Origin: Mycolicibacterium smegmatis
Lineage (GTDB): Bacteria; Actinomycetota; Actinomycetes; Mycobacteriales; Mycobacteriaceae
Reading direction: 5' to 3'
DNA: 32,000 nt
NCBI RefSeq assembly: GCF_001457595.1
Contig: NZ_LN831039.1
Coordinates: forward strand, 6,630,001-6,662,000
Shown: in pieces, positions 9,681 through 18,670 of the stretch
Layout of the letters: every line of letters starts with the position of its first letter
Numbering within the stretch: position 1 is the first letter of the stretch
The notes under the pieces: model-generated
The model's database searches: none
Seen by the model: only the letters and a program-made list of their open reading frames with translations
What the model was told of the DNA's origin: nothing
Program-made: the position numbers and the translations under genes

Positions 9681-10928
9681 TCAGTCACCTTCCAGGATCA
9701 GTGCGGTCTGCTCGGAGAGGATGCCGCCGTTGCCCGAGACGAACGCGCGGTCACACCCGTGCCCGTTTCGTCCTCCTCGCGTGCGGGACACCTGCGCCGC
9801 CCCGGCCCGCCCCATGATCTGGCGCGTCGCGTCGCACACGTGGTGCATCCCACCGGCGAGTCCGGCCTGGCCGAAACCGAGTTGGCCGCCCGCGGTGTTG
9901 AGCGGGAAATCACCGCGGAAGGTCAGGTCGTGATCGGACACGAACGCCATGCCTTTGCCTTTCTCGCAGAACCCGGCGTCTTCGAGGCTCAGCAGCACGG
10001 TGATCGTGTAGCAGTCGTAGATCGAGACCATGTCCATCTGGTCACGGCCCAGGCCGCTCATGGTGAACGCGGTTTCGGCGGCGCGCCGCATCGGGGTGTC
10101 GAGGAGATCCTCGGCGTACGTGGGTGTCTTGAACGGCACGTGTTCACCGAATCCCTTGATCCACACCGGCCGATTCTTCGCCTTGGCGGCGACGTCGGCG
10201 CTCGCGACGACCACGGCGGCTCCGCCCACGCACGGCATGACGATCTCGAGCATGTGCAGCGGATCGGCGATGATCGGACTTGCCAGCACGTCCTCGATGG
10301 TGAGCGGTTTGTCCTTCCAGATCGCGCCTTCGGTGTGGTTGGCGTTGACGCGTTGGTCCACCACTATTTTCGCCATGGCACGCTCGTCGTAGCCGTACTC
10401 GTAGGCGTAGCGCTGCGCGACCTGCCCGTACGGCCCGTTCTGACCGAGGTTGCCGTAGGGAATGTCGAATTCGGCCTGGGGCGAGCCGAACTGGTTGCTC
10501 GACGATCCGAAGAACACCGCGTCGGACAACGACTTGGGTTTGAGGTCGGACATCGGGGTGAGGTAACGCGCAGGCAGGGCGCACAGCACGACGTCGCAGA
10601 TCCCCAGTTCGATGGCTGCGGCCGCGCGCCACACCATTCCCGCCGCGCTGGCGCCGCCGAGGTCCAGCAACTCCGCGAAATTTGCCCGCACGCCGAGGTA
10701 TTCGGCGACGGTCGACGGCACGAAGATCTCGGACTCGCCGAGGTGCGAGGTGACGATGCCGTCAACCTGTTCGGCTGACAGACCCGCGTCGTCGAGTGCG
10801 GCCGCCGACAGCTGTGCCCACTGTTCGAGGGTGAACGGCGCCGGGGAGGCGGTGCTCAGCCGTTCGGGCGGCAGTTCGACGTAGCCGACGATCGCGGCCT
10901 CGCCCTGCAGTCCCTTCCGTGGTCGCAT
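9681..10928 (-). CDS. Thiolase-family protein (lipid-transfer/acetyl-CoA acetyltransferase-like)
   Basis: GEAAIVGYVELPPERLS..., GGASAAGMVWRAAAAIELGICDVVLCALPARY, NTAGGQLGFGQAGLAGGMHHVCDATRQIMG, typical of SCP2-thiolase-like proteins. Confidence 0.87.
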   Translation of the reverse strand: MRPRKGLQGEAAIVGYVELPPERLSTASPAPFTLEQWAQLSAAALDDAGLSAEQVDGIVTSHLGESEIFVPSTVAEYLGVRANFAELLDLGGASAAGMVWRAAAAIELGICDVVLCALPARYLTPMSDLKPKSLSDAVFFGSSSNQFGSPQAEFDIPYGNLGQNGPYGQVAQRYAYEYGYDERAMAKIVVDQRVNANHTEGAIWKDKPLTIEDVLASPIIADPLHMLEIVMPCVGGAAVVVASADVAAKAKNRPVWIKGFGEHVPFKTPTYAEDLLDTPMRRAAETAFTMSGLGRDQMDMVSIYDCYTITVLLSLEDAGFCEKGKGMAFVSDHDLTFRGDFPLNTAGGQLGFGQAGLAGGMHHVCDATRQIMGRAGAAQVSRTRGGRNGHGCDRAFVSGNGGILSEQTALILEGD

Positions 10929-10936
10929 GCGGTTCC

Positions 10937-13192
10937 TTACTTTCGAGGCAGGCCCAGGATCATCTGGGCGATGATGTTGAGCTGAATCTCGGTGGTGCCG
11001 CCCCCGATCAGCTCGGCGGGCAGGTCGAGATACGGGGCCACCACTGCGGGCTCGCTTCGCTGTTCGAGTGCCAGGCGCCCCGCGAGCCCGAGGGTGAGTT
11101 GGGCTGCGCGACGCAGCATCACGTTGGTGGCCACCTTGGCGATGCTCGACGTCGGACCGGGTGGCTGCCCGTCGAGCAGACGCAGGGTCTCACGCACGCC
11201 GAGCGCCTTGAGCGCGTTGGTGTTCGCGTCGACCTCACCGATCGCGTGCAGGATCGGGTCGCGCTCGGTGGTGGCGGTTTTGGCGAGGTCGCGTAACGCC
11301 CCCATGCGGTCGATGTGCACGTAATTACTGATCGCGACCCGCTCGTGGGCCATGGTGCTGATCGCCAGTTGCCAACCCGACGTCGACCCTCCGAGCAGCA
11401 TGTCGTCGGGAACGAACACGTCGGTGAGGAACACCTCGTTGAACTCCGAACGCCCACTGGCCTGCGTGATCTGGCGGACCTCGATTCCCGGTGACCGCAT
11501 GTCCACGATGAAGTAACCGATGCCACGGTGTTTGGGTGCATCCGGGTCGGTGCGCGCGAGCAGCGCACCGTAGTCGGCGCGGTGCGCCGACGATGTCCAG
11601 ATCTTGTGGCCGGTGATCTGCCAGCCGCCGTCGACGCGGACCGCGCGCGTGCTCAGCGACGCCAGGTCGCTCCCCGCGCCGGGCTCGCTGAACAGCTGGC
11701 ACCATGCGAGTTGCCCCCGCAGCGTCTCGGGGATGAACCGGCGTTGCAGATCCTCGGATCCGGCCGAGATGATGGTCGGCAGAATCCATTCCGCGATACC
11801 GACCGATGGCCGGATCAGACCCGGACGTCTCGCGAACTCCTCGTCGACGACGAGTTGTCGGCGCACCGTCGCGTCACATCCCCACGGCGCAGGCCAGTGC
11901 GGTGCGATCAGGCCCGCTTCGGCCAGGAGGTCACGTCGTGCCCCCGTGACGAACTCCCGGCCATGTCCTTGCGGCGCGTCCTCGCCACCGGTGTCCTCGG
12001 GCAGCGCCGAGGCACGGTCGAGAACGTCGGCGACATGGGCGCGGAACCCCGAATCCGCGGTGTTCTCTTCCGGTCCGAGGTCGACCTTCAGTTCCCGAGG
12101 CGTCGACAACTCACCCAGTTCGCGCGTCCACCGCGACACCGGCCCGAGCGAGGCGGCCAGGCTCGTCGCGCGCCGCCAGTACAGATGCAGGTCGTGTTCC
12201 CACGTGAAACCGATGGCGCCCAGCATTGTCAGCGCTTCGAGCACCAGCCCGGGTGCGGGCGCGACTGCCGTCACGACGGCGGTTGCAACGGCGGCGCGGT
12301 GCTGCACCGGGTCGTCGGAGCTACTCAGGGCGCGCACCGCGTCCCAGGCCGCCGCGGTAGCCAGCTCGCTGTTCACCAGCAGCATCGCGGCCTTGTGTTG
12401 CATGGCCTGGAAGGTGCCGATGGGTTTTCCGAATTGCTCACGCGTGCGCAGGTGTTTGGTCACGGTCCGCGCGCACCACTGCATGATGCCCGCGATGACA
12501 CTGGCGGTGAACGCGACGGTCACATTGGTGACATGGTCGGTGTCGACGTCTGTGAGAAGGGCCGCGCCGGACACCGAGTGGTCGTGTAGGTGCAGGACGC
12601 CGATGTCGGTGGTCAGATCCGTCGCGGCGCGCGCCTCGACATCGCAGCCGGCGGGATCGATGGCGGCCCAACGCAGTACACCGTCGTCGCCATCGTTGCA
12701 CCGGAACGGCACCAGCACGCGCTGTGCCGCGAGCATTCCGGACATCACACCGCTCGATCCGGTGAGAGTCCAGGCCTCGCCGGTTCGCCGGCCGACGAAG
12801 TCGCAATGCTCGGGCAACGCGACGACAGCCGGTGTCCCGGCGATGATCTCTTTGAAAAGCGCCGTGTCATCGCCGGCGAGCACAGCACTCACCACGGCCG
12901 AATGCAGCAGCGGGCCGGGCAGCATCGCAGCGCCTGCGGCCTGCAGCACGCAGGCCATGTCCGCGAGCTCGCCGCCCTGCCCGCCGAGGCGCTCGGGCAC
13001 GTGTACGACATGAAAACCGTTTTCCACCAGATCAGGCCACCAGACCGGTAGTTGCCCGTCGGCCAGAGCGGCGAGATTCGCCCGGGTTTCGGAGACCGGT
13101 GCGTGGTGGGCGGCGAAGCGGCCGAAGGCTTCTGTGAGCTCGTGTTGTTCGGGCGTGATCGCCAGCGAAGTCGCTGTAGGACCGGCGGTCAT
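10937..13192 (-). CDS. Acyl-CoA dehydrogenase, tandem two-domain protein
   Basis: 751 aa. C-terminal half has AWCQLFSEPGAGSDLASLSTRAVRVDGGWQITGHKIWTSSAH; N-terminal half is a diverged ACAD-like domain. Confidence 0.9.
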   Translation of the reverse strand: MTAGPTATSLAITPEQHELTEAFGRFAAHHAPVSETRANLAALADGQLPVWWPDLVENGFHVVHVPERLGGQGGELADMACVLQAAGAAMLPGPLLHSAVVSAVLAGDDTALFKEIIAGTPAVVALPEHCDFVGRRTGEAWTLTGSSGVMSGMLAAQRVLVPFRCNDGDDGVLRWAAIDPAGCDVEARAATDLTTDIGVLHLHDHSVSGAALLTDVDTDHVTNVTVAFTASVIAGIMQWCARTVTKHLRTREQFGKPIGTFQAMQHKAAMLLVNSELATAAAWDAVRALSSSDDPVQHRAAVATAVVTAVAPAPGLVLEALTMLGAIGFTWEHDLHLYWRRATSLAASLGPVSRWTRELGELSTPRELKVDLGPEENTADSGFRAHVADVLDRASALPEDTGGEDAPQGHGREFVTGARRDLLAEAGLIAPHWPAPWGCDATVRRQLVVDEEFARRPGLIRPSVGIAEWILPTIISAGSEDLQRRFIPETLRGQLAWCQLFSEPGAGSDLASLSTRAVRVDGGWQITGHKIWTSSAHRADYGALLARTDPDAPKHRGIGYFIVDMRSPGIEVRQITQASGRSEFNEVFLTDVFVPDDMLLGGSTSGWQLAISTMAHERVAISNYVHIDRMGALRDLAKTATTERDPILHAIGEVDANTNALKALGVRETLRLLDGQPPGPTSSIAKVATNVMLRRAAQLTLGLAGRLALEQRSEPAVVAPYLDLPAELIGGGTTEIQLNIIAQMILGLPRK

Positions 13193-14199
13193 GTACGCCT
13201 CCTCGACGCGAAGAAGCGCGCGGCCTGCGCGATGGACTCTGGTGCCGGGGCGGGTTTCCAGCCGAGTTCGCGCACAGCCTTGCCGTGGTCCATCGGCGGC
13301 ATGACGTGCATGAGTCGCACGGTCAGCGGGCTCAACCTGGTCTCGCGCCTGCGCAGGCGTGCGACGGCCGAGGACAGGCCCGCTGCCGCGGCCATCACAC
13401 GGATCGGCACACCACGACGCGGCGGCTCGACACCGACTGCATCGCAGGCGACCTCGTAGATCTCGCGAGCGGACATCATGCGTTCCGAGACGATGTAGCG
13501 CTCACCGGGCGTGCCGCGCTCACCGGCAAGGACCAGGGCCTCGGCGGCGTCTGCCACACCGACCGCCTCGGCCTCGGCGCCGTCGATGTAGAACGGCATC
13601 TTGCCGCGTACCGCGGCCGCGACGAGCCCACCGTGCGGCGTCGGCTGCCAGTCACCTGGCCCGTAGGTGTTGGAGACACACATCGCGACCGCGGGCAGCC
13701 CACGGTCCTTGTGGTACCGGAGCACCAACTGCTCGGCGCGTACGCGGCTGCGCACGTACTCTCCGCCACGGTCCAGCCAGTTGTTCTCGATTTCCTCTGT
13801 GGCCGGTCCACTTTCAGGAAGCCCGATGGTCGCGATCGAGCTGGTGAACACGAACCGGCGTACCCCTGAGGCGATTCCGGGTTCGGTCATGACGTCCAGG
13901 ACGCCGCGCAGGCCGTCGACGTTCGTCCGCCACAGCGGCGTCGCGTCCCGCAACCAGGCGCGCGCGTCGACCACGCAGTAGTACACCGTGTCACACCCGT
14001 CGGCGGCGCCGCGCACGGAGTCGGCGTCGAAGATGTCGCCGTGACGGACGTCCACGCGATCGATCAGGTCGTCGATGCCGCGCGTCGAACTCGTCGGCCG
14101 GATGAGGATGCGGACGTTCTCGCCGCGCTCCACCAGGCGCCTGGCGACGTGGGAGCCGAGAAATCCGCTGGCCCCGATCACCAGTTTCGTCGCTGTCAT
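13189..14199 (-). CDS. NAD-dependent epimerase/dehydratase family protein
   Basis: MTATKLVIGASGFLGSHVARRLVERGENVRILIRPTS; SDR-extended GxSGFxG motif. Start moved inward from the ORF-track start (14316) to ATG 14199. Confidence 0.88.
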   Translation of the reverse strand: MTATKLVIGASGFLGSHVARRLVERGENVRILIRPTSSTRGIDDLIDRVDVRHGDIFDADSVRGAADGCDTVYYCVVDARAWLRDATPLWRTNVDGLRGVLDVMTEPGIASGVRRFVFTSSIATIGLPESGPATEEIENNWLDRGGEYVRSRVRAEQLVLRYHKDRGLPAVAMCVSNTYGPGDWQPTPHGGLVAAAVRGKMPFYIDGAEAEAVGVADAAEALVLAGERGTPGERYIVSERMMSAREIYEVACDAVGVEPPRRGVPIRVMAAAAGLSSAVARLRRRETRLSPLTVRLMHVMPPMDHGKAVRELGWKPAPAPESIAQAARFFASRRRT

Positions 14200-14230
14200 A
14201 GGCCCTTGCGCTCGTGTCCTCGGGTCATAA

Positions 14231-14249
14231 ACGAGACGGTCCGTCTCGT
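14231..14249. promoter_or_regulatory. Perfect inverted repeat ACGAGACGG-T-CCGTCTCGT, candidate TetR operator
   Basis: 9-bp perfect arms with a 1-nt centre, between the divergent epimerase and TetR genes. Confidence 0.75.
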
Positions 14250-14285
14250 CTTGTGGCAGAGTACGGGGTGCCACTTTTCGTGTAA

Positions 14286-14864
<579 letters not shown>

Positions 14865-14866
14865 GT

Positions 14867-15535
14867 TCAGCGCTGGGGCACGGCACCCGGCGCACGGACC
14901 ACCATGGGCACCGCCGGGAAGTACGAGGCCATCTCGGAGCGTGACTTGCGCAGGGCCGCAGTGCCGTAGCCGCGCTTGCGGAAGTCCGGGTGGATCCAGA
15001 TGCGGACGTTCACCTCGCCGCTGACGAGTTCACCGAACACCATCCCGACCTTCTGGCCGCCCTCGACCGCGACGAACCAGGCCGCCTCTTCGGCGTCGAC
15101 GCGACGCAGCGCCGCGCGAATCTCCTCGTCGAGGTCGGCCGCGGGCGCGCCGGATCCGTCTCCCGAGGCGCCGACGTCGCTGGTGCGGGCCGCGAAGATG
15201 TCGCGGTCATCGGTCGCCGAGAAGGGCCGCAGTTCGAGGGTGTCGCCCGCGCTGGCGGGCCGTTCCTGCAGCGTGAAGCTCAGCTGGCTGTTGAGGTCGT
15301 CGAGCTCGGCGGCGATCTGCCGGCGCGACTCCTTGGTGATCTGCGCGAACGACAGCCCGATGACAGCCTCGGCCGCGGTGCGCGAGGTGCCGAGCAGATT
15401 CGCGACGGCGTCGATCGCGGCGTTGCGGTCCTCGGCGTCGACGATGACGTCGAGCACCTCGTGCCTGCGGTTGAGCGCGCTGAGCAGAGCGTCGGTGATG
15501 TCGCGGCGCGCGGCGGCCTTGTCCGGGTCGGTCAT
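14867..15535 (-). CDS. GNAT-family acetyltransferase with N-terminal GyrA-like helical segment
   Basis: N-terminus LLGTSRTAAEAVIGLSFAQITKESRRQIAAELDDLNSQL; C-terminus AWFVAVEGGQKVGMVFGELVSGEVNVRIWIHPDFRKRGYGTAAL. Start taken at ATG 15535. Confidence 0.8.
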   Translation of the reverse strand: MTDPDKAAARRDITDALLSALNRRHEVLDVIVDAEDRNAAIDAVANLLGTSRTAAEAVIGLSFAQITKESRRQIAAELDDLNSQLSFTLQERPASAGDTLELRPFSATDDRDIFAARTSDVGASGDGSGAPAADLDEEIRAALRRVDAEEAAWFVAVEGGQKVGMVFGELVSGEVNVRIWIHPDFRKRGYGTAALRKSRSEMASYFPAVPMVVRAPGAVPQR

Positions 15536-15558
15536 ACCGCCGAGCGTAGCGGGCACGC

Positions 15559-15714
15559 TCAGAGTCGGGACATCTCCCGCGACATCAGCGCCGACTCGAA
15601 GTAGGTCCACTTCGTCGGGTACTCGTGGTGGCGCCCGTGGTCGTGACCGTCGACGCGATGCTTCTCAAGCCAGCGCGCGAGCACCGTGGGCTTGTGCGGA
15701 GCAGGTATCAACAT
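15559..15714 (-). CDS. Possible small protein (51 aa, MLIPAPHKPTVLARWLEKHRVDGHDHGRHHEYPTKWTYFESALMSREMSRL)
   Basis: ATG preceded by a strong Shine-Dalgarno (GAAGGAGGCGTGCGATG), ends 23 nt before the GNAT gene in the same direction. Confidence 0.45.
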   Translation of the reverse strand: MLIPAPHKPTVLARWLEKHRVDGHDHGRHHEYPTKWTYFESALMSREMSRL

Positions 15715-15916
15715 CGCACGCCTCCTTCGCCGGGTGCGGTTCAACATCAAAGTGCCTTGTCAGGCGCTTCTTCTTACATTTGAGAGAACCACCGGGAAGC
15801 GCCGTGATCATCCTCAGAACGGATGACTTCGACTAAAATTAACTGTGACGTCAGACACATAGAGGGTCTCCAATGACGGCATCGGCGGTAGTGACGATCG
15901 GCCCAGGAGTCGTGAC

Positions 15917-17039
15917 GTGGTCGCGGTCGAGGACTTCTCGCGCCTGATCGCCGGCATCTACGCCGCCGCCGTGACCCCCCACCACTGGGAGTCGGCCCTT
16001 CGGGACATTCACAGAACAGTCGGCGGTGACGGCGGCGGGCTGCTCACCGCGCAGGGCTCGATCTGGACCATCCAGAACGCGATCCTGCCGCCCGGTGCCG
16101 CCGCGAGTTACTCCCGGTACTACTGCCGGCTCGATCGGCCCATGGCCGAGGTCGCCGCCGGTCCGCGTGACGTCGTGCGGACCGGGAGCGAACTCATCGC
16201 CCCGTTCCGGGACTCGGAGTTCTACGTCGACTGGTTGCGTCCGAACAGCATCGAGGACGGCCTGTTCGTTCGACTCACCGACGGCATGCGCCCGTCGTGC
16301 GTCATCGTCCACACGTCGGTCACCTCCGAGCCTTTCGCAACCCCGGAACGCATGAAGGCGATGAGCGCTCTGGTTCCGCACCTGCAGCAGGCGCTGTGCA
16401 CCCGGCGCGCTGAACCACGCGGCGCACACCGAGTCGGAACTCGCGGCCGCACTCGACACCATCGAGCACGGCATCGCCGTGCTCGATTCCCACGGACGTG
16501 TGCGCGACGTCAACTCCGCCGGTGAGCGCATCCTCCGCGGCGACGACGGCCTTCGCGTCGTTGCCGGTCACATCACGCCCTCTGCACCGGGTGCAGGCGC
16601 CGCCTTCAACCGCGCGCTGCACCTGGCCCTCGAGGGCGACGTTCCCGTCGGGGATTCGTTCGCCGTCGAGAGGCCCTCGGGTGCAACGCCGTTCATCGTC
16701 CACGTGGTTCCGCTGCAGGTTCACGACGGACACCGGCGTGCACTGGTGATCCTCGTCGACCCCGCACACGTGTCCGAACCGAGCGCCGTGCTACTGCAGC
16801 GCCTGTACCACCTGACCCGCACCGAGGCCGAGGTCGCCCTGCACGTCGCACGGGGTGCCGATCCCAGGCAGATCGCCGATGACCTGTCGGTCTCGATCAC
16901 CACAGTGCGCACGCACCTGCACCGCGTCTTCCACAAGACCGGCACCCATCGCCAGGTGGAACTGCTCCGAATGTTGCTCAGCCTGCAAGCAATTCCTGAC
17001 CCAGATACCCCTCCGGGGAACGCACCCCCGGCAGGATGA
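15917..17039 (+). pseudogene. LuxR-family HTH transcriptional regulator interrupted by an apparent one-base deletion
   Basis: The N-terminal frame ends its conserved part at ...ALVPHLQQALCTRRA. The +1 frame resumes at LNHAAHTESELAAALDTIEHGIAVLDSHGRVRDVN... and ends with LTRTEAEVALHVARGADPRQIADDLSVSITTVRTHLHRVFHKTG, a LuxR HTH. Confidence 0.8.
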
Positions 17040-18165
17040 CGAACACCGACGACCCGATCGCCGTCGTCCACTGGTTGAGTGCGTCGAACTGCGCGAGTCG
17101 CTGCTGCACCGGCAGGAACTGCGTGTCGATGTCACGCTGATACGTCGCGAAGATCAACCCCGTGTTCGACGTCTGCCCCGGTTCGGGCGCGTCGTCGTAG
17201 TTGTACGGCCTGCGCAGGAACCGTTCACCGTCGTGGCGGTGACGCGCCAGTGCGATGTGCGAGTTCGGTGGAATCACCGGAATACCGTTGCGTGCCAATG
17301 TGAAATCCGGCTCGTCGGTTTCCCGCTGCCCCGTCAGCGGGGCACCGCTGTCGAGTGTCCGCCCGACCGTGAGCTCCTTGCTCTCCCGGTCCAGCTCATC
17401 CCACGTGTCGAGTTGCATCTCGATGCGCCGCAACACCATCAGGGTGCCGCCGGCCAATCCCGGATACACCTCGTCGCCCAGCCACACCAGTTCATCGAAC
17501 TCGTCGGGCGCCAGGTTGACCGTCCCGTCCACCTGTCCCATCAGGTTGCGCATCGACGTGCCTTGCCGGTCGGCCCCGCGTGCGTTGCGGAATCCGGCCT
17601 GGCGCCACCGCTGCACGGCCATCGCGCGGACATTCTTGGTGAGCACCCGGGTGGCATGCGCGATCGACACCGGGTCGTCACCGCAGATCTGCAGCAGCAG
17701 ATCGCCACCGGACCACCGCTCCTGGAGGCGGTCCGGGCCGAATTCCGGCAGGTCCCTGGCCGAGCGCGGCACGGTGGCCCCCAACCTCCCCAGCAGACCG
17801 GGGCCCAACCCCACGGTGACCGTGAGCCGGGCCGGGCGGGTCGCCAGTTCGGGTTCGGTGTCGGCCACCGCGGGCCGGCCCGCGGTCAGACGTGCGGCGT
17901 CGACGGTCCACAACCGCAGGATCGCGGCCACGGTGTCCCGCTCGCTGCGGGTGTCCGTGGGTTTCACGTCGAAGGCGAGGAAAACGCCGTGTGCCTGTGG
18001 GGCGGTGGCGATCCCGGCCTGGTGCGGTCCGTAGAACGGTTCGGCATCGGTGCCGAACCCGTGGTCGACGACAGCGGAGTTCGCGACGCCGGACGCCGTG
18101 ACCACCGCGCCCGCGGCCAACGCGGCGGCGCCCCCGGTGAGGAGGCGCCGCCGGTTGACCCTCAT
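16978..18165 (-). CDS. DyP-type heme peroxidase, Tat-exported
   Basis: Twin-arginine leader MRVNRRRLLTGGAAALAAGAVVTAS, GXXDG motif (GQVDGTVN), distal region IALARHRHDGERFLRRPYNYD. Start could be 18183 (GTG/ATG region) or 18165. Confidence 0.9.
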   Translation of the reverse strand: MRVNRRRLLTGGAAALAAGAVVTASGVANSAVVDHGFGTDAEPFYGPHQAGIATAPQAHGVFLAFDVKPTDTRSERDTVAAILRLWTVDAARLTAGRPAVADTEPELATRPARLTVTVGLGPGLLGRLGATVPRSARDLPEFGPDRLQERWSGGDLLLQICGDDPVSIAHATRVLTKNVRAMAVQRWRQAGFRNARGADRQGTSMRNLMGQVDGTVNLAPDEFDELVWLGDEVYPGLAGGTLMVLRRIEMQLDTWDELDRESKELTVGRTLDSGAPLTGQRETDEPDFTLARNGIPVIPPNSHIALARHRHDGERFLRRPYNYDDAPEPGQTSNTGLIFATYQRDIDTQFLPVQQRLAQFDALNQWTTAIGSSVFVILPGVRSPEGYLGQELLAG

Positions 18166-18175
18166 CGAGGATCCG

Positions 18176-18670
18176 TCAGCCACGATCGTGCGGTTTCGCC
18201 GGCTGATAGTTCTCCTTGCCGCCAGGGAAATCGCGGACCTGAGCTTGGACCGGCAGCGACGACCCGTCGTCGAACATTACGGTGACCTCGACATCGGCAC
18301 CCGGTTGCAGCGGCGCGGTCAGATCCATCAGCATGATGTGGTCGCCACCGGGTGCGAGTTCGTGCTCGCCACCGGCCGGAACCGCGAAGCCGGCTTCCTT
18401 GGGCCGCATGGTCTTTACGCCGTTCGCGTCGGCCGCGACCTCATGGAGTTCGACCATCTCGGCCACCGGCGACGTCGCCGAGACGATGTGCGCGTCGTGA
18501 TGCCCGGTGTTCTGCAATGTGCCGAACACGGCCGTCATCCCGGTGTCGGCCGCACTAGCCCAGGGATCGGCGAACGTCACGGTTTGGGCCATGGTGTGTT
18601 CTTCGTGTTGTGGTGTGCAGCCCGCGAGGGCGAGGGCCGCGACGGCGAAAACAACTGCGCTGTTACGCAT
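18176..18670 (-). CDS. PCu(A)C-type copper-chaperone lipoprotein
   Basis: Lipobox LALAGC near the N-terminus; copper-ligand pattern ELHE...TMRP...GGDHIMLM (H...M...HxM). Confidence 0.87.
   Translation of the reverse strand: MRNSAVVFAVAALALAGCTPQHEEHTMAQTVTFADPWASAADTGMTAVFGTLQNTGHHDAHIVSATSPVAEMVELHEVAADANGVKTMRPKEAGFAVPAGGEHELAPGGDHIMLMDLTAPLQPGADVEVTVMFDDGSSLPVQAQVRDFPGGKENYQPAKPHDRG

Noticed and set aside
9231-10778. 515-aa plus-strand ORF
   Set aside because: Antisense to the DUF35/thiolase genes; Arg/Ser/Val-rich composition with no domain motif.
16855-18285. 476-aa plus-strand ORF
   Set aside because: Antisense to the Tat-DyP peroxidase gene; no motifs.
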